A DNA stretch of 64,000 nucleotides from the human T2T-CHM13v2.0 reference genome, Homo sapiens, in NCBI RefSeq assembly GCF_009914755.1, contig NC_060930.1; one strand, written 5' to 3'. This document shows, piece by piece, positions 1-13,710 of this stretch (the first letter of the stretch is position 1; every line of letters starts with the position of its first letter). The translations under genes were made by a program, and so were the position numbers. Under the pieces are notes generated by a model. The model saw only the letters and a list, made by a program, of their open reading frames with translations. It was not told the origin of the DNA and ran no database searches.

Positions 1-3000
1 CAACAAAGAAACATTGGAAAATTGGACTTAATCTAAAATATAGAAAAAATGGGCCTCATAGATGTTTACAAAACATTTTACACAACAGTTGCAGAATACA
101 CATTCTTCTCCTCAGCACATGGAACATTCTCAAGAATAGACCACATGTTATGCCACAAAATAAGTCCTAAAAATTTAAAAAATTGATATCATATCAAGTA
201 TCTTCTCTGACCACAGTGGAACAAAACTGGAAATCAATAACAAGAACACTGGAAACTGTGCAAACACATAAAAATTAAAGAATATGCTCCTTAATTACCA
301 GTGGGTCAATGAAGAGATTAAGAAAAAAATTGAAACAGTTACTTGAAACAAATGAAAATGGAAACACAACATACCAAAACCTATGGGGTAGAGCAAAAGC
401 AGCAGAAGAAAGATTATAGCAATGTGTGTACATTAAAAAACTAGAAAAACTTCAAATAAAGAAACTAGTGAGGCATCTTCAAGAACTAGAAAAGCAAGAG
501 CAAAGCAACCAAAATATTAGTAAAAAAAATAAATAAATAAAAATCACAGCATAAATAAATAACATTGAAACAAAAAATACAAAATATCAATGAAATGAAA
601 AGTAGGTTTATTTTAAAAATAAACAAAATTTACTAACCTTTAGACAGACCAAGAATGGAAGAGAGAAGAAAAAGTGAGAGACTAAAAAATGTATTACATC
701 TTATACCCCAGAAATTCAAGGGATCTTTAGAGACTAAAATGAGCAACTATATATCAGTAAATTGGAAAACCAAGAAGAAATGGATAAATTTCTAAACACA
801 TACAACATACCATGATTGAATTATAAAGAAATCAAAAAGCTGAATAGACCAATAACAAGAAATGAGATCAAAGCCTATAATAAAAAGTCTCCCATCAAAG
901 AAAAGCCCAGGGACAGAAGGCTTCACTGCTGAATTTTATCAAACATATGAGAAAGGACTAACGCCAATCTTACTCAATATATTCCATAAAATAAAGGAGG
1001 AAGGAGTACTTCCAAAGTGATTCAACAACGCCAGTATAACCTAGATACCAAAACCAGACAAAGACACATCATCAAAAACAAACAAACAAACAAAAACAAA
1101 AAAACTACAGGCCAATATCTTTGATGACCATTGATGCGGAAATCCTCAACAAAATACTAGCAAAACTGAATTCAACAGCACATTCAAAAGATGATTCATC
1201 ATCACCAAGTAGAATTCATCCCAGGGATGGAAGGATGGTTCAACATCTGTGAATCAATCAATGTTACCCATCATCTCAACAGAATGAAGGACAAATAACA
1301 TATAATCTTTTCAATTGATGCTGAAAAAGCATTTGATAAAATTCAATATTCCTCCATGTTAAAAACACTTTTAAAAAACTGCATATAGAAGGGACATACC
1401 TCAACATAATAAAAGCCTTATATCACAGACCCTCAGGTAGTATCATGCTAAACTGGGAAAAACTGAAAGCATTTTCTCTAAGATATGGAACACAATAAGG
1501 ATGCTGTTATTCAACATAGAACTAGAAGTCCTTGCTAGAGCAATCAGAAAAGGGGAAAAAATAAAGAGCATCCAAACTGAAAAATAAGAAGTCAATTTAC
1601 TTGTATTTTCAGATGATGTAATCTTTTATTTAGAAAAACCTAAAGACTCCACCAAAAAACTATTAGTGTTGATAAATTCAGTAAAGTTGGAGATTACAAA
1701 AGAGACATACAAAAATTAGTAGCATTTCTATATGCCAAGAGCTGTCAATCTGAAAAAGTATCAGGAAAGTAATCTTATTTATAATGGCTACAAATAAAAT
1801 AAAATGCCTAGGAATTAACTGAAGAAGTGAAAGATACCTACAATAATAATTATAAAATATTGATGCAAGAAACTTATGAGGACACAAAAAATGGAAAAGT
1901 ACTCCACGTGCATGGATTGAAAGATCTATATTTTTTAAAAGTCCATACTACCCAAAGCATTCTACAGATTCAATGCAATCCTTATTGGCATGCCAGTAAC
2001 ATTCTTCACAGAAATAGAAAAAATAATAATTCTAAAATGTATGGGGATCTACAAAATCCAGAATAGCCAAAGGCATCCCAAGCAAAGATAATGTAACTGG
2101 AGCAATTACATTATAATACTTCAGAATATACTACAGACCTTTATTAACTAAAACAGCATGGTATTGGCATAAAAACAGACACATAGACGTATGGAACAGA
2201 ACAGAACACCCAGAAATAAATCTATATATCTGCAGTGAGCTAATTTTTTAACAAAGGTGCCAAGGACCTACATTGGGAAAAAAATAGTCGATTCACTAAA
2301 TGATGCCAGGAAAACTAGTATCCATATGCAGGATAATGAAACAAAACCCCTATCTTTTGCCATTTATAACAATCAAATTAAAATGGATTAAATAATTAAA
2401 TTTGAGACCTCAAACAATGAAACTGTTACGAGAAAACATTGGAGGAACTCTCTAGGACATGAGACTGAGCAAAGATTTCATGAGCAATACACCAAAAGCA
2501 CAGACAACCAAAGCAAAAATGAACAAATGGGGTCATATCAAAGTAAAAAGCATCTCCATAGCACAAAGAACAATCAACAAGGTGAAAAGACAACCCACTG
2601 AATGGCAGAAAATATTTACAAACCATCTGTCTGACAAAGGATTAATAGCCAGAATAAATAAGAACCTCAACTCTATTGGAAAAAATCTAACAATCTGATT
2701 TAAAAATGGGCAAAAGTCTGAACAGCCATTTATCTAAATAAGACATACAAATGGTAAACAGGTGTATAAAAATGTGCTTAATATCACTGATCATCAGAGA
2801 AATGCAAATCAAAACTACAGAGATATCATCTCACTCAAGTTAAAATGGCTTTCATTCAAAAGTCAGGCAATAACAATTGCTGGCAAAAAAGGGAGAAAAT
2901 GGAGCCCTCATACACTGTTGTTGAGAACGTAAGTTAGTACAATCACTATGGAGAACAGTTTGGAAGTTCCTCAAAAAACTAAAAATTGAGCTACCATGTG

Positions 3001-3637
3001 ATCCAGCAATCTCATTTCTAGGTATACCCCCCAAAGAAAGGAAAATAGTGCATCAAAAAGTCATCTGCACTCCCATGTTTATTGCACCACTGTACACAAT
3101 AGCTAAGATTTGGAAGCCACCTTTGTCTATAAACAGATGAATGGATAAAGAAAATACAGTACTACTTAGCCATACAGAAGAATGAAATCCTGTTCTCTGC
3201 CACAACATAGATGCAACTGGAGGGCATTATAAGTAAAATAAGCCAAGCACAAAATGACAAAGTTCACATCCTTTCATTTTTTTGTAAGAGCTAAGAATTA
3301 AAATAATTGAATTCATGGAGATAAAGTATAAAATGATGATTACTAGAGCCTGGGAAGGGTAATGGATAGGGGAATTGGGGATGGTTAATTGTTAAAAAAA
3401 TATAGTTAGATAAAATGATTTAGTTTTTCATAGCACAACGTGGTGAATACAGTCAACAATAATCTATTTTACATGTTAAAATAAGAGTATAATTGAAATG
3501 TTTGTAACACAAATAAATGATAAATGTTTGAGGTGATAAATACCCCATTTACCCTGATGTGATTATTACACATTGTATGCCTGTGTTAAAATAGCTCATG
3601 TATCCCATAAATATATCCACCTACTGTGTACCCATAA
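1..3637 (+). mobile_element. Decayed LINE-1 (L1MA1-3-like): ORF2 from the endonuclease C-terminus through RT, plus 3' UTR; runs off the left edge
   Basis: Recognisable ORF2 sequence (gaatacacattcttctcctcagcacatggaacattctc at about 95-130). The RT FADD motif has decayed to ttt tca gat gat (FSDD) at 1606-1617. Many stops and frameshifts. L1MA-type 3' end (taccccatttaccctgatgtgattattacacattgtatgcctg). Confidence 0.93.
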
Positions 3638-3644
3638 CAGTGTA

Positions 3645-6562
3645 AGAAATGGATATCTGTACCCACCATGTTTATTGCAGTGCTCTTTACAAAAATAAAG
3701 ATATGGAATCAACCTAAGTGTTTATCATTGGATTAACATATAAGGAAAACATGGCATATATACAGAATGAAATACTATTCAGCCATAAAAAATAATGAAA
3801 TTCTGTCAGTTGCAGCAACATTGATGAAATTGGAAGTTATGATGTTAAGTGAAATAAACTAGGTACAGAAAGACAAATATCATACGGTCTCACTCATATT
3901 TTAGAGCTTAAAAATTGATCTCGTGGAGGTAGAAAGTAGGATGGTAGTTACCAGAGGCTGGGAAGGGTATGTGATTGAAGGTAGTGGGAATGAAGACAGG
4001 TTGGTTAATACAAACATACAGTTACATAGAGGAATGTTATAATGTTTGATAGCAGGTAGGGTGACTGTATTAGTCCATTTTCATGCTCTTGATAGACATA
4101 CCCGAGACTGGGCAGTTTACAGAAGAAAGATGTTTAATGGACTTACAGTTTCACAAGGCTGAGGAGGTCTCACAATCATGGTGGAAGTCACATCTTACAT
4201 GGATGGCAGCAGGTGAAAAGAGAGACCTTGTGCAGAGAAACTCCCAATTTTAAATTCATCAGAACTTGTGATATTTATTCACTATCATGAGAACAGCACA
4301 GGAAAGACCTGCCCCCATAATTACCTTCCATCAGGTTCCTCCCATGACGTGGGAATTTTAAGAGTTACAATTGAAGATGAGATTTGGGTTGGGATGTAGA
4401 TAAACCATATAATTCCACCCCGGACCCTCCCAAATCTCGTCCTCACGTTTCAAAACCAATCATGACTTCTCAACAGTCCCATAAAGAGTTAATTCATCAG
4501 CATTAACTCAAAAGTCCACAGTCCAAAGTCTCATCCAGACAAGGCAAGTCCCTTCTCCCTATGAGCCTGTAAAATCGAAAGCAAGTTAGTTACTTCCTAG
4601 ATACAATGTGGGTACAGGCATTTGGTAAATACCATCTTTCCAAATGGGAGAAATTGACCAAAACAAAGGGGCTTCAGGCTTCATGCAAGTCTGAAACCCA
4701 GTGGGACAGTCAAATCTTAAAGCTTCAATATGATCTCCCATGACTCCATGTCTCACATCCAGGTCATGCTGATGCAAGAGATGGGTTCCCATGGTCTTGG
4801 GCAGCTCCACCCCTGTGGTTTTGCATGGTGAAACCTCCCCCCTGGATGCTTTCATGGGCCGTCGTTGAGTGTCTGCAGCTTTTTCAGACACACAGTGCAA
4901 GCTGTCATTGAATCTACCATTCTGGGGTCTGGAGGATGGTGGCCCTCTTCTCACACCTCCACAAGGTGGTGTCCCAGTAGGGACCCTGTGTGGGGGCTCA
5001 AACCCCACATTTTCCTCCTGCATCACCCTAGCAGAAGTTCTCCATGAGTGCCCTGCCACTGCAGAAAATTTCTGCCTAGACATCCAGGTGCTTCCACATA
5101 TTTTCTGAAATCTAGGCGCAGGTTCCCAAACCACAATTCTTGACTTCTGCACACTGTCAGGCTTAACATCACATGGAAGCTGCCAAGGCTTGAGGCTTGT
5201 ACCCTCTGAAGCCACACTCCAAGCTCTATGTTGGCTTGTTGGCCCCTTTCAGCCATGGCTAGAGCAGCTGGGACGCAGGGCATCAAGTCCCTAGGCTGCA
5301 CACAGCAGGAGACCCTGGGCCTGGCCCACAAAAACACTTTTTCTTTCTATGCCTCCAGGCCTGTAATGGATGGGGCTGCTGTGAAGACCTCTGACATGCC
5401 CTGGAGATATTTTCCTCCATTGTCTTGGTGATTAACATTCAGGTCCTCATTACTTATGCAAATGTCTGCAGCTGGCTTGAATTTCTCCCCAGAAAATGGG
5501 ATTTTATTTTCTGTAGCATTGTCAGGCTCCACATTTTCCAAACTTTTATGATCTGCTTCTCTTATAAAACTGAATGCTTTTAACAGCACCCAAGTCACAT
5601 CTTGAATACTTTCCTACCTAGAAATTTCTTCTGCCAGATACCCTAAATCATCTCTCTCAAGTCCAAAGTTTCATAAATCTCTAGGGCAGGGGCAAAATGC
5701 TGCCAGGCTCATTGCTGAAACATAACAAGAGTTACCTTTGCTCCAGTTCACAACATGTTCCTCATGTCCATCTGAGACCACCTCAGACTGGATTTCATTG
5801 TCCATATCATTATCAGCATTTTGGCCAAAGCCATTCAACAAGTCTCTAGGGAGTTTCAAACTTTCCCACATTATCCTGTCTTCTTCTGAGCCTTCCAAAC
5901 TGTTCAAAGCTCTGCCTATTACCCATCTCCAAAATCACTTCCACATTTTTGGGTATCTACAGCAGCACCCCACTCTCAGTACTAATTTACTGTATTCATT
6001 CATTTTTATGCTGCTGATAAAGACATACCTAAGACTAGGCAATTCACCAAAGAAAGAGGTTTAATGGACTTAGAGTTCCATATGGCTGGGGAAACCTCAC
6101 AATCATGGTGGAAGATAAGGAGGAGCAAGTCACATCTTACATGGATGGAAGCAGGCAAAAAGAAAGAGCTTGTGAAGAGCAACTCCTGTTTTTAAAACCA
6201 TCTGTTTCATGAGACATACTCACAATCATGAGAACAGCACAGGAAAGACTCACCCCATAATTCAATTACCTCCCACCAGATTCCTCCCACAACACATGGG
6301 AATTGTGGTAGTTACAATTCAAGATGAGATTTGGGTGGGGACACAGCAAAACCATATCAGTGATATAGTTAATGACAATGTATTATATATTTCCAAACAG
6401 GTGGAATGGAAGACTGGAAATGTTTCTAACATATGGCAATGAAAAACACTGGAGATGATGGATACCCTAAATACCATGACTTGATGATTACACATTCATC
6501 GCATGTAACAAAATTTTGCATGTTCCCCATAAATATATAAAAATACGTGTATTAATAAAAAA
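3645..6562 (+). mobile_element. 3' end of a second L1MA-type LINE-1 (L1MA4/5-like), split by a THE1 provirus (pieces about 3645-4065 and 6360-6562)
   Basis: ORF2 C-terminal and 3' UTR motifs (catgtttattgcag, ggaatcaacctaagtg). The sequence resumes in register after 6359 (atagttaatgacaatgtattatat) and ends in aataaaaaa. Confidence 0.85.
4066..6359 (-). mobile_element. Complete THE1 (THE1B-like, ERVL-MaLR) provirus: LTR 4066-4412, internal region 4413-5990, LTR 5991-6359
   Basis: Two homologous LTRs starting tgtatt and ending aaaccatat(c/a)a. Typical THE1 internal region of about 1.6 kb. 5-bp target-site duplication (TSD) gtgac (4061-4065) / gtgat (6360-6364). Confidence 0.95.
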
Positions 6563-6564
6563 GT

Positions 6565-6883
<319 letters not shown>

Positions 6884-8509
6884 CTAATTACCTAATGTAT
6901 GATTTTGGTAGAAATTATAAATAGGTCATTTTAGTTTCTCCCTTTGGTATGAAAGTTTGTCATGAATTAAATAGTCATACCATATACAAATAATTGGGTT
7001 AAGTAGAAAAGATATATCCAACAAGGATAGAAGTGGAAACCAGAGATATCTAACCTCATTTGAATATGTTTGGCTTACTTAACTGTGCTTTCAAATGTAT
7101 AAAAATAATATTCTTGGACATTTATATAATGTTTTTTGTTTAACTCTTGGTTAAACAACTGATGAAAGATGTTAGAATTCAAAAGAAACACAACTCTAAT
7201 CTGAAACTGGACCGTATTATTAACCATAGCTCTCATTTTCATCTCATTTATTTTGTTGCTTGTTTTAGATTTTTAATATTCATTATTACCCAGGATCTTG
7301 GGTCATTTTTCCTTTTCTTGCCGTCTTTTTTGCTTATACTAATCTACGGCTGAAGAAACAGTATTAAAAAAATTAATACACATCTGCTGCTGATTCTGCT
7401 ACTTAAATACTCCCAAAAAGGTATCAAATTTTCTCAAACAAAACTCTCTTCAGCTTTATTTATTTATTTATTTTTGTTAATCTTCGGTGTCTGTTCTCAG
7501 CTTTTCACTTTACCAAGCTCCAAGCTTTGGTCTCCTAAATTAGCTACTTCTCACTGTGGGTTTCAACCATCATGAAAGATAAGCCTACCTTTTGTTTTTG
7601 TTATGTTTTTCCATATTATCTAAGATAGTCATAATTGATACAAAATACCAGCCTGTTCACCTAGAGCTTGTTTATATTTTTGTTGGAAGTGTGAAATTGT
7701 TAAACCATTGAAATAACACATGCTTTTAAACAGAGCATATTACTTTATTATGATTCCCATTTAAAATGCATTGTTAGCTAGATAAACTTTCATCATGTCA
7801 AAAATGTAGCTGTGCCATCTAGGAAAATGTAGTTGTATAATTATTAATTTCAAAAGCTCTGTAACACGTAGTAACATTTTGATCCATAAATCTAATTTTG
7901 CACACCACAGCTCCTTTTACTATCTTGTAAAATTCCCAGGTATGTAAGTGTTTACCACTGAAATCTTTTGCAACTCCATTAATTTGCTGAGAATAGGTCA
8001 AATTAATTTAAAATATCCTATGTATCTCTTGCAATGACCATGTGGTTTCACAATATTAATATCTTCTAATACTATTTACCCAGCTCCTGATTAATCTTGA
8101 TCTTGAGGTAATTAGTGCAATGTGGATGAAGAGATTTCTAGAAAGACTTCCTTGTTGTTATTCTGGTGTTTGATTAAAAGAAAAAGTATAAGGCTTAAAA
8201 AATGTATGTCAAGGAAGTTATGTTGAAATGATTTCTATATTATATTTTATTATCAAATTTTAAGAGACATTACACTCATTATAACACAATTTTTTCATAA
8301 GCTTCCTTCATTTTCAAACTTATTGCTTGCCAACATAATTATTTGCTATAATAAAATAAAAATATTTACACATACATGGAGAATCATTTATGTCTTGTAT
8401 ATTTAAACAATTACTGGTCTAGGAAAGTTTAAAGTATATTTTTTAGGGAGAAGAACAGAATTTAAAAGTACTAACTTTTTAAAGACTAAAAGTGTATTCC
8501 ATATTTTCA

Positions 8510-9290
8510 CAGATTATATTTTACAAAATGTGGTCACAGTGACACTCCCAATCCCACATACTCATTTTTACATTTTAAGCTCTCCACCCTCCCATCAAAA
8601 GATGAGATTTATATTCCTTTCCCTTGATTCTGGGTGGGCTTGTGTCACACTTGTAACCTACAATATGTGACAAGAGTTGATGCTGTGTTACTTATGAGGC
8701 TAAGTCATGAAGGGCAAGGTAACTTCTGCCTCTTTTGCTACTTGGATCCTAAACAGGCTGTATAAGAAGTCTGACACCACCATGCTGGGGAGGCAATGCC
8801 CCGATGCTCTTATCAACAGCCTCAGCTGAGCTCTCAGCTTACAGCCTGCTGGACATGCAAGTCAGCCATCTTAATGGTCCAGCCCACTAGAAAGTTCTGA
8901 TGACTAGAGCCCCAGCTGACAAGTGACTACAAGAGAGATAACAATTGAGAACTGCCTAGCTTAGTTGTTATAAATCCCTGTCTCACAAAATCATGAGCAA
9001 AATAAGTGGTTGTTTTACAATGTCAAGTTTAGAGGTAATTTGTTACATAGAAATAATATTTGACATAGAAATTTGGTATGGGGTACTGCCATTAAAATAA
9101 CAAAACAAAAGTAAGCAAAAACTGCATGGCATTTGCTTTGAGAATGGGCAGTGGACAGAAGACAGAATATAGGAGGGCCATGAGGATGTGGTTAAGACAC
9201 CTGAGGGGCCTCAAGGATGCTTTTAGTGTAGACTTAATGTGAAGTAAATAAAATGCTAGAGGTTAGAAGAAGAGTAGATCCTTTTGCCTA
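8510..9290 (+). mobile_element. MLT1 (G/H-like) MaLR LTR (about 8510-9065) with a short internal remnant
   Basis: LTR motifs ccctcccatcaaaagatgag, cccttgattctgggtgggcttgtg and 3' end ggttgttttacaatgtcaagtttagaggtaatttgttacatag. Boundaries are approximate. Confidence 0.7.
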
Positions 9291-9949
9291 CCCAATTATC
9301 ATGTATGAGAAATAGTAATGACTGTTCTTTCTACTTTTGTCAGAGTTTAATTGTACCAGTTTTGCCATAACATGGCATTCCCATCTACGTATATGCCTTT
9401 TGACATATCCAAATAAAGACAGCAATACATATTTATACTTTATAGACAAATACAACATTAGTTAGTTAAACAGAAGACCTATATACAACTACAGGAAAAA
9501 TCTTTTTATTTCCATTCTTTTCCTTTTGTTCTGGGGATTTTGGAATTTAAATTAAAAAAACACGTGTGTGAGGTAGTTTGGACATATAATACATAATTAG
9601 TACATGCCAGGTTCCACTCCTACTCCCCCTGGACCATGGGAGTCCCTGAAGACATCCCCTTCCTTCACTCCTTTCACAATGGCTCCACCATAGGCTGCCA
9701 TGCTGCACCGGCTCAAATGCCTGCTGCCTTGAAGAACACGGAACAAAGTACAAATCTGGGCAGTGGCTTCTGTGGTATAACACTGGTGACTAGAAAGAGT
9801 GAGGTAAAATTCCACAACAATAATAAAGAAAGGACATCAGAAAACAAAAGAAGGCAAACCAAATCAAGGAAAACCAAACGGCACACAGTCCCATTACCCT
9901 CCCCTACACAACAACTATTCACTTTACTGATTCTATCAAGCGTGCAGAG

Positions 9950-10105
9950 CAGTTTTTAATTATCTCATGAGATATGAGAAAACTGAGACATGGAAAGTTT
10001 AAGTAAACTGTCAAAAGTTACACAACTACTAATTGTTAGAATTTGTAATAAGAAAACAAACAAAAACAAAAACCCAGACAGTCTGATTTCGGAATGAAAA
10101 TCATT
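9950..10105 (-). mobile_element. MIR SINE fragment
   Basis: Core-like atgagaaaactgagacatggaaagtttaagtaaactgtcaaaagttacacaact...aacccagacagtctgattt. Confidence 0.7.
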
Positions 10106-11387
10106 AGCATAATCGTATATTGCCTCTAGAAAAGTGGCATCTGGAAGATAAAAGAGTGGTCTGTCAATTAATAGTTTTCTTAACATTGAGAAATTACTTG
10201 ACCTAAGAGGTCTCTCAGTCCTACTATTAGCAAATGTAAAATTAAATATTTACATATATCACAGATTCCATCGTATACATTATAAAATAGAAAAGATTAT
10301 AGAAAAGGTCATAGTTTTACTGTCATTGTGGTTGATACCATAAGAATGTTTCAGTATAGGTATGCTGCTATTCCTCAATTATGGAATAATATAATTTAAT
10401 AAGAGAAAAAGGCCTGACTGCCTTCTCATTTGTTTCACTACCAATTTAGACAGTAATGTTTATTTATGTTGTATAATCACAGAATCCTTATAGAGAGTTA
10501 GCCTATAGAGGAAAGACTAGAGTCTGGGAGCATATTTGAGTGTCTGTTTAATTTAACTATACCTATTATTTCTAAGTGTATTTCTTTTGAGTAAGAGGGA
10601 ACATATCAGGAGGGAAGCAATATAAATTATTTTCTGTGAAGAATCATCATCAAAAAGTATATAGAAATATAAATCCTTTGTAGTTCTACTTGGCAGAGTA
10701 AACTAAGACCTCAGAACAAATAGAAGACTTCTTAAGCCTTTTGTTTGTCTCCTGAGTTAAGATGTAAGCAGTGAGCAAGCTCTATCTGCTAGAAAAGCAT
10801 TACATAGCAGCCAGTGATTTATGCCTTGTCTAATGCATATGGATGTGGCAGCTTTTCATGATGGCAGTAGCTCTGCCATGGGTATAAGAGAGAGAATAAG
10901 TTGTCTAATTCTAAGCTAAGGCCAGGAAGGTCAGCAAAAGGAGTGTGCTTGTTTCATTTTAAGGACTCTTGTATGGTTGCAACTGTGGCTGGGAGCTTAC
11001 TGAAATACGAGCATGACAAGAAAATATATTAAAGAAAGATACAAGTGAGACAGCAAAAAATAAGGGAAAACAATAGCACATATAAGGTAGTGTTTTTTTT
11101 TAGATCTGTATATTAAGTGAATTGATTTGTCATCCAAACTATAACATCAATGAGAACTAAGTAAATACAAAACTTCTCATTAACCTAAATTGTCACTCAT
11201 TACCTAAATTTTCACTCAACAAAGTACAGTATTAAAATGTCAATAATAATAACAATTTAGGAAGCCTGAAGCAATAGGTTCAATGGCCCACAAACAGAAT
11301 CATATTAGAGTAGCTTAGATGATGGGAATTTCCATCATCTTCAGGGGCATCATATTCAGGGGCATCATCTCATATCTGTAATATTCC

Positions 11388-11655
11388 AGGAACAGAAACC
11401 CAAATACGTATGTTCTCACTTACAAATGAGAGATAAACGATAAGAACTTAAGAATAAAAAGAAGGAAACAACAGACACTGGGGTCTACTGGGTGGGGAGG
11501 GTGGAAGGAGGGAGAGGGACAGAAAAGATAACTATTAGATACTGGGCTTACTACCTGGTTTGTGAAATAACATGTACAACAAATCCCTGTGACAGGTGTT
11601 TACCTGTGTAACCTTCACATGAGACCCCAAACCTAAAACAAAAGTAAAAAACAAA
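11388..11655 (+). mobile_element. LINE-1 3' UTR fragment (L1PA15/16-like)
   Basis: gaaggaaacaacagacactggggtctact...gaaaagataactatt...tgtacaacaaatccctgtgaca, followed by an A-rich tail. Confidence 0.85.
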
Positions 11656-12246
11656 GTCTAGTAATGTCAGAAAAAAAAGTTTTAAAAGAAAAACTTAAAA
11701 TTCTGAGTCTCAGTCTACATAGTAACACATTGTCTGAATGTATGAGTCTGTGTATCATACTCTTTGATAGTAAATTTAATGTAGATATTTCTCATCTTAA
11801 CTAATGTATTAAACCTTTGAGATTTTTTCAATAAATATTATAAAATCTGCATTTAGTATTTGATACAATAATTACAATGTTTTTTGATTTAGTGGTATTG
11901 TTATTTGATTCCATGTTCAAATAATATGCTAAAGTGTTTTAAAAAACATTTGGAATGTGTTTATTCCAGTGTGCTTATTATTTTTAATATACAATATGTT
12001 TGTGTAACAAATTGAACACAGACACATTACATTAGATAATCTAGTAACTTAAGAAAATAAACTTTTTAGAGCCTGGGATATTATAGATCTTAAATATTGA
12101 TCTTTAGAAAGACTAAATCTTAAGAGTTCAGTTGAATACCAAAAGACATTAGAGCTAAGAAGCAATAATTTAAAAAACAAATATAAAACTAGACTGAAAT
12201 AGAATATGGACTGTGTAATTGTCAGATGAAGCAATTATGGGATCTT

Positions 12247-12277
12247 ACACACACACACACACGCACACACACACACA
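12247..12277. repeat. (CA)n microsatellite
   Basis: Interrupted acacac run, seen directly. Confidence 0.95.
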
Positions 12278-12439
12278 ATTGATTATTTATGAGAGTTAAA
12301 TAAAGCATCTCAGAAGAGGTACTACTTAAATTAAGCCTAGAGAAATAAACAGCTTGATTGAATCTCTACTTTAGTAAGGTAATTCCATCAGCAATGTGAA
12401 GAGTCTATGAAGACAGAAAAGCTGGAGGTAGAAAATTTT

Positions 12440-13710
12440 TCAACATTTTAAAATAAAAAGTTTCAAAAATATAGACAAGCTGAGTGGTTAGTTCAATGAA
12501 CATCTAAATGCATGTCAGCTAGATACAATATTTTTAAACATATTGCCACATTTGCTACATATACATGAAACAACAATTCAGCCTACATCTACTAAAAAAT
12601 GATATTTCATAAATAATAATAATTCCATTTAAGCAAAGACTATTATTACTATTTCTCTAAAATGGTTAATATTCAGTCCATATTCAAATTATCATAATTG
12701 CCTCAAAAATGCCTAAGATTTTCTCAATGTTCACACCTTGTATACTAAATATTTCTTTAGCCTCCTTTAATCTAGAAACAGACCACTCCCTTACATTTTC
12801 CACACGGCATTACTTCTTTGAAGAGACAAGTGCTGTTGTCTTGTAAAATGTCACACAGTCTGGATTTGTCTGATTGTGTCTTGAAGTGTTAAATGGATTT
12901 CTCCATCTTGTGTTAATTCCAAGAAAATGGAAGGTAGGTTTAAAAAATTGATTAGACTCAGGTGAAGCTTTATTTGGTGTGAACCCTTCACAGGTGATGG
13001 TCCATCTGGAAACACATGAGGTTGGGCAGACCATCTGTTAGCAATGCTATATAACATTACTTGATTGAGATGGTAACTAACATATCTTTCAATTTTAAAG
13101 TACACATTTCACCTTGTGAATAGCAAAAAATGTGTAGGGTGTTATTTTCGCACCACGTGAATATCTAATGGTTTCTATTGATAATCCTGGCCTGAGTAAA
13201 CTGTTTTATCAGACACTGCAAAATGGACATTAAAAAATTATGCTATTTCTTATGTGTTAATTAGCTGGCTTTCTTCCATAAGAAAAGCTGTCCTCATCAA
13301 CTGAGATTGAGAATTAAAGCTTAATTTGTTTCTTTTAATCACCTATTTTCAGATTAAGGAGCTAGTATCATAATTACTACAAATGATTGTCAGGGAAGTT
13401 TTTCTTTCTTTTCTTTTTTTGCATATCTGTATGGAAGCACAGAATTTTTAAGTTTTATTTATAGCTATTAATTAAAGGCATTATTTTTAATGCTTAAGCT
13501 GTAACTTTTGCCAGTATGAGGCACTTCAAACTGGGTTCTGTGTCTTTTTTTTTTCTATCCTCACTACCTTTTGTTTTCTTACTTTCTTTCACATAATAAA
13601 TATTCCATGCTCACTTTGTAACCTTACATGTTCCAGATCTCATCATTAATTATTAGTCCTAGAATGCAAACAAGAGTCCAAAATTGAGACACTAGGTTAG
13701 ATTCCTAGGT
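12440..13710 (-). mobile_element. Old L1 3' region (L1MC/L1ME-like)
   Basis: tttcaaaaatatagacaag...catattgccacatttgct; ttgtaaaatgtcacacagtctggatttgtctgattg. Boundaries are approximate. Confidence 0.65.

Noticed and set aside
1-3034. Short ORFs as protein-coding genes
   Set aside because: They are frameshifted fragments of L1 ORF2 or antisense chance ORFs, and the RT catalytic motif is degenerate.
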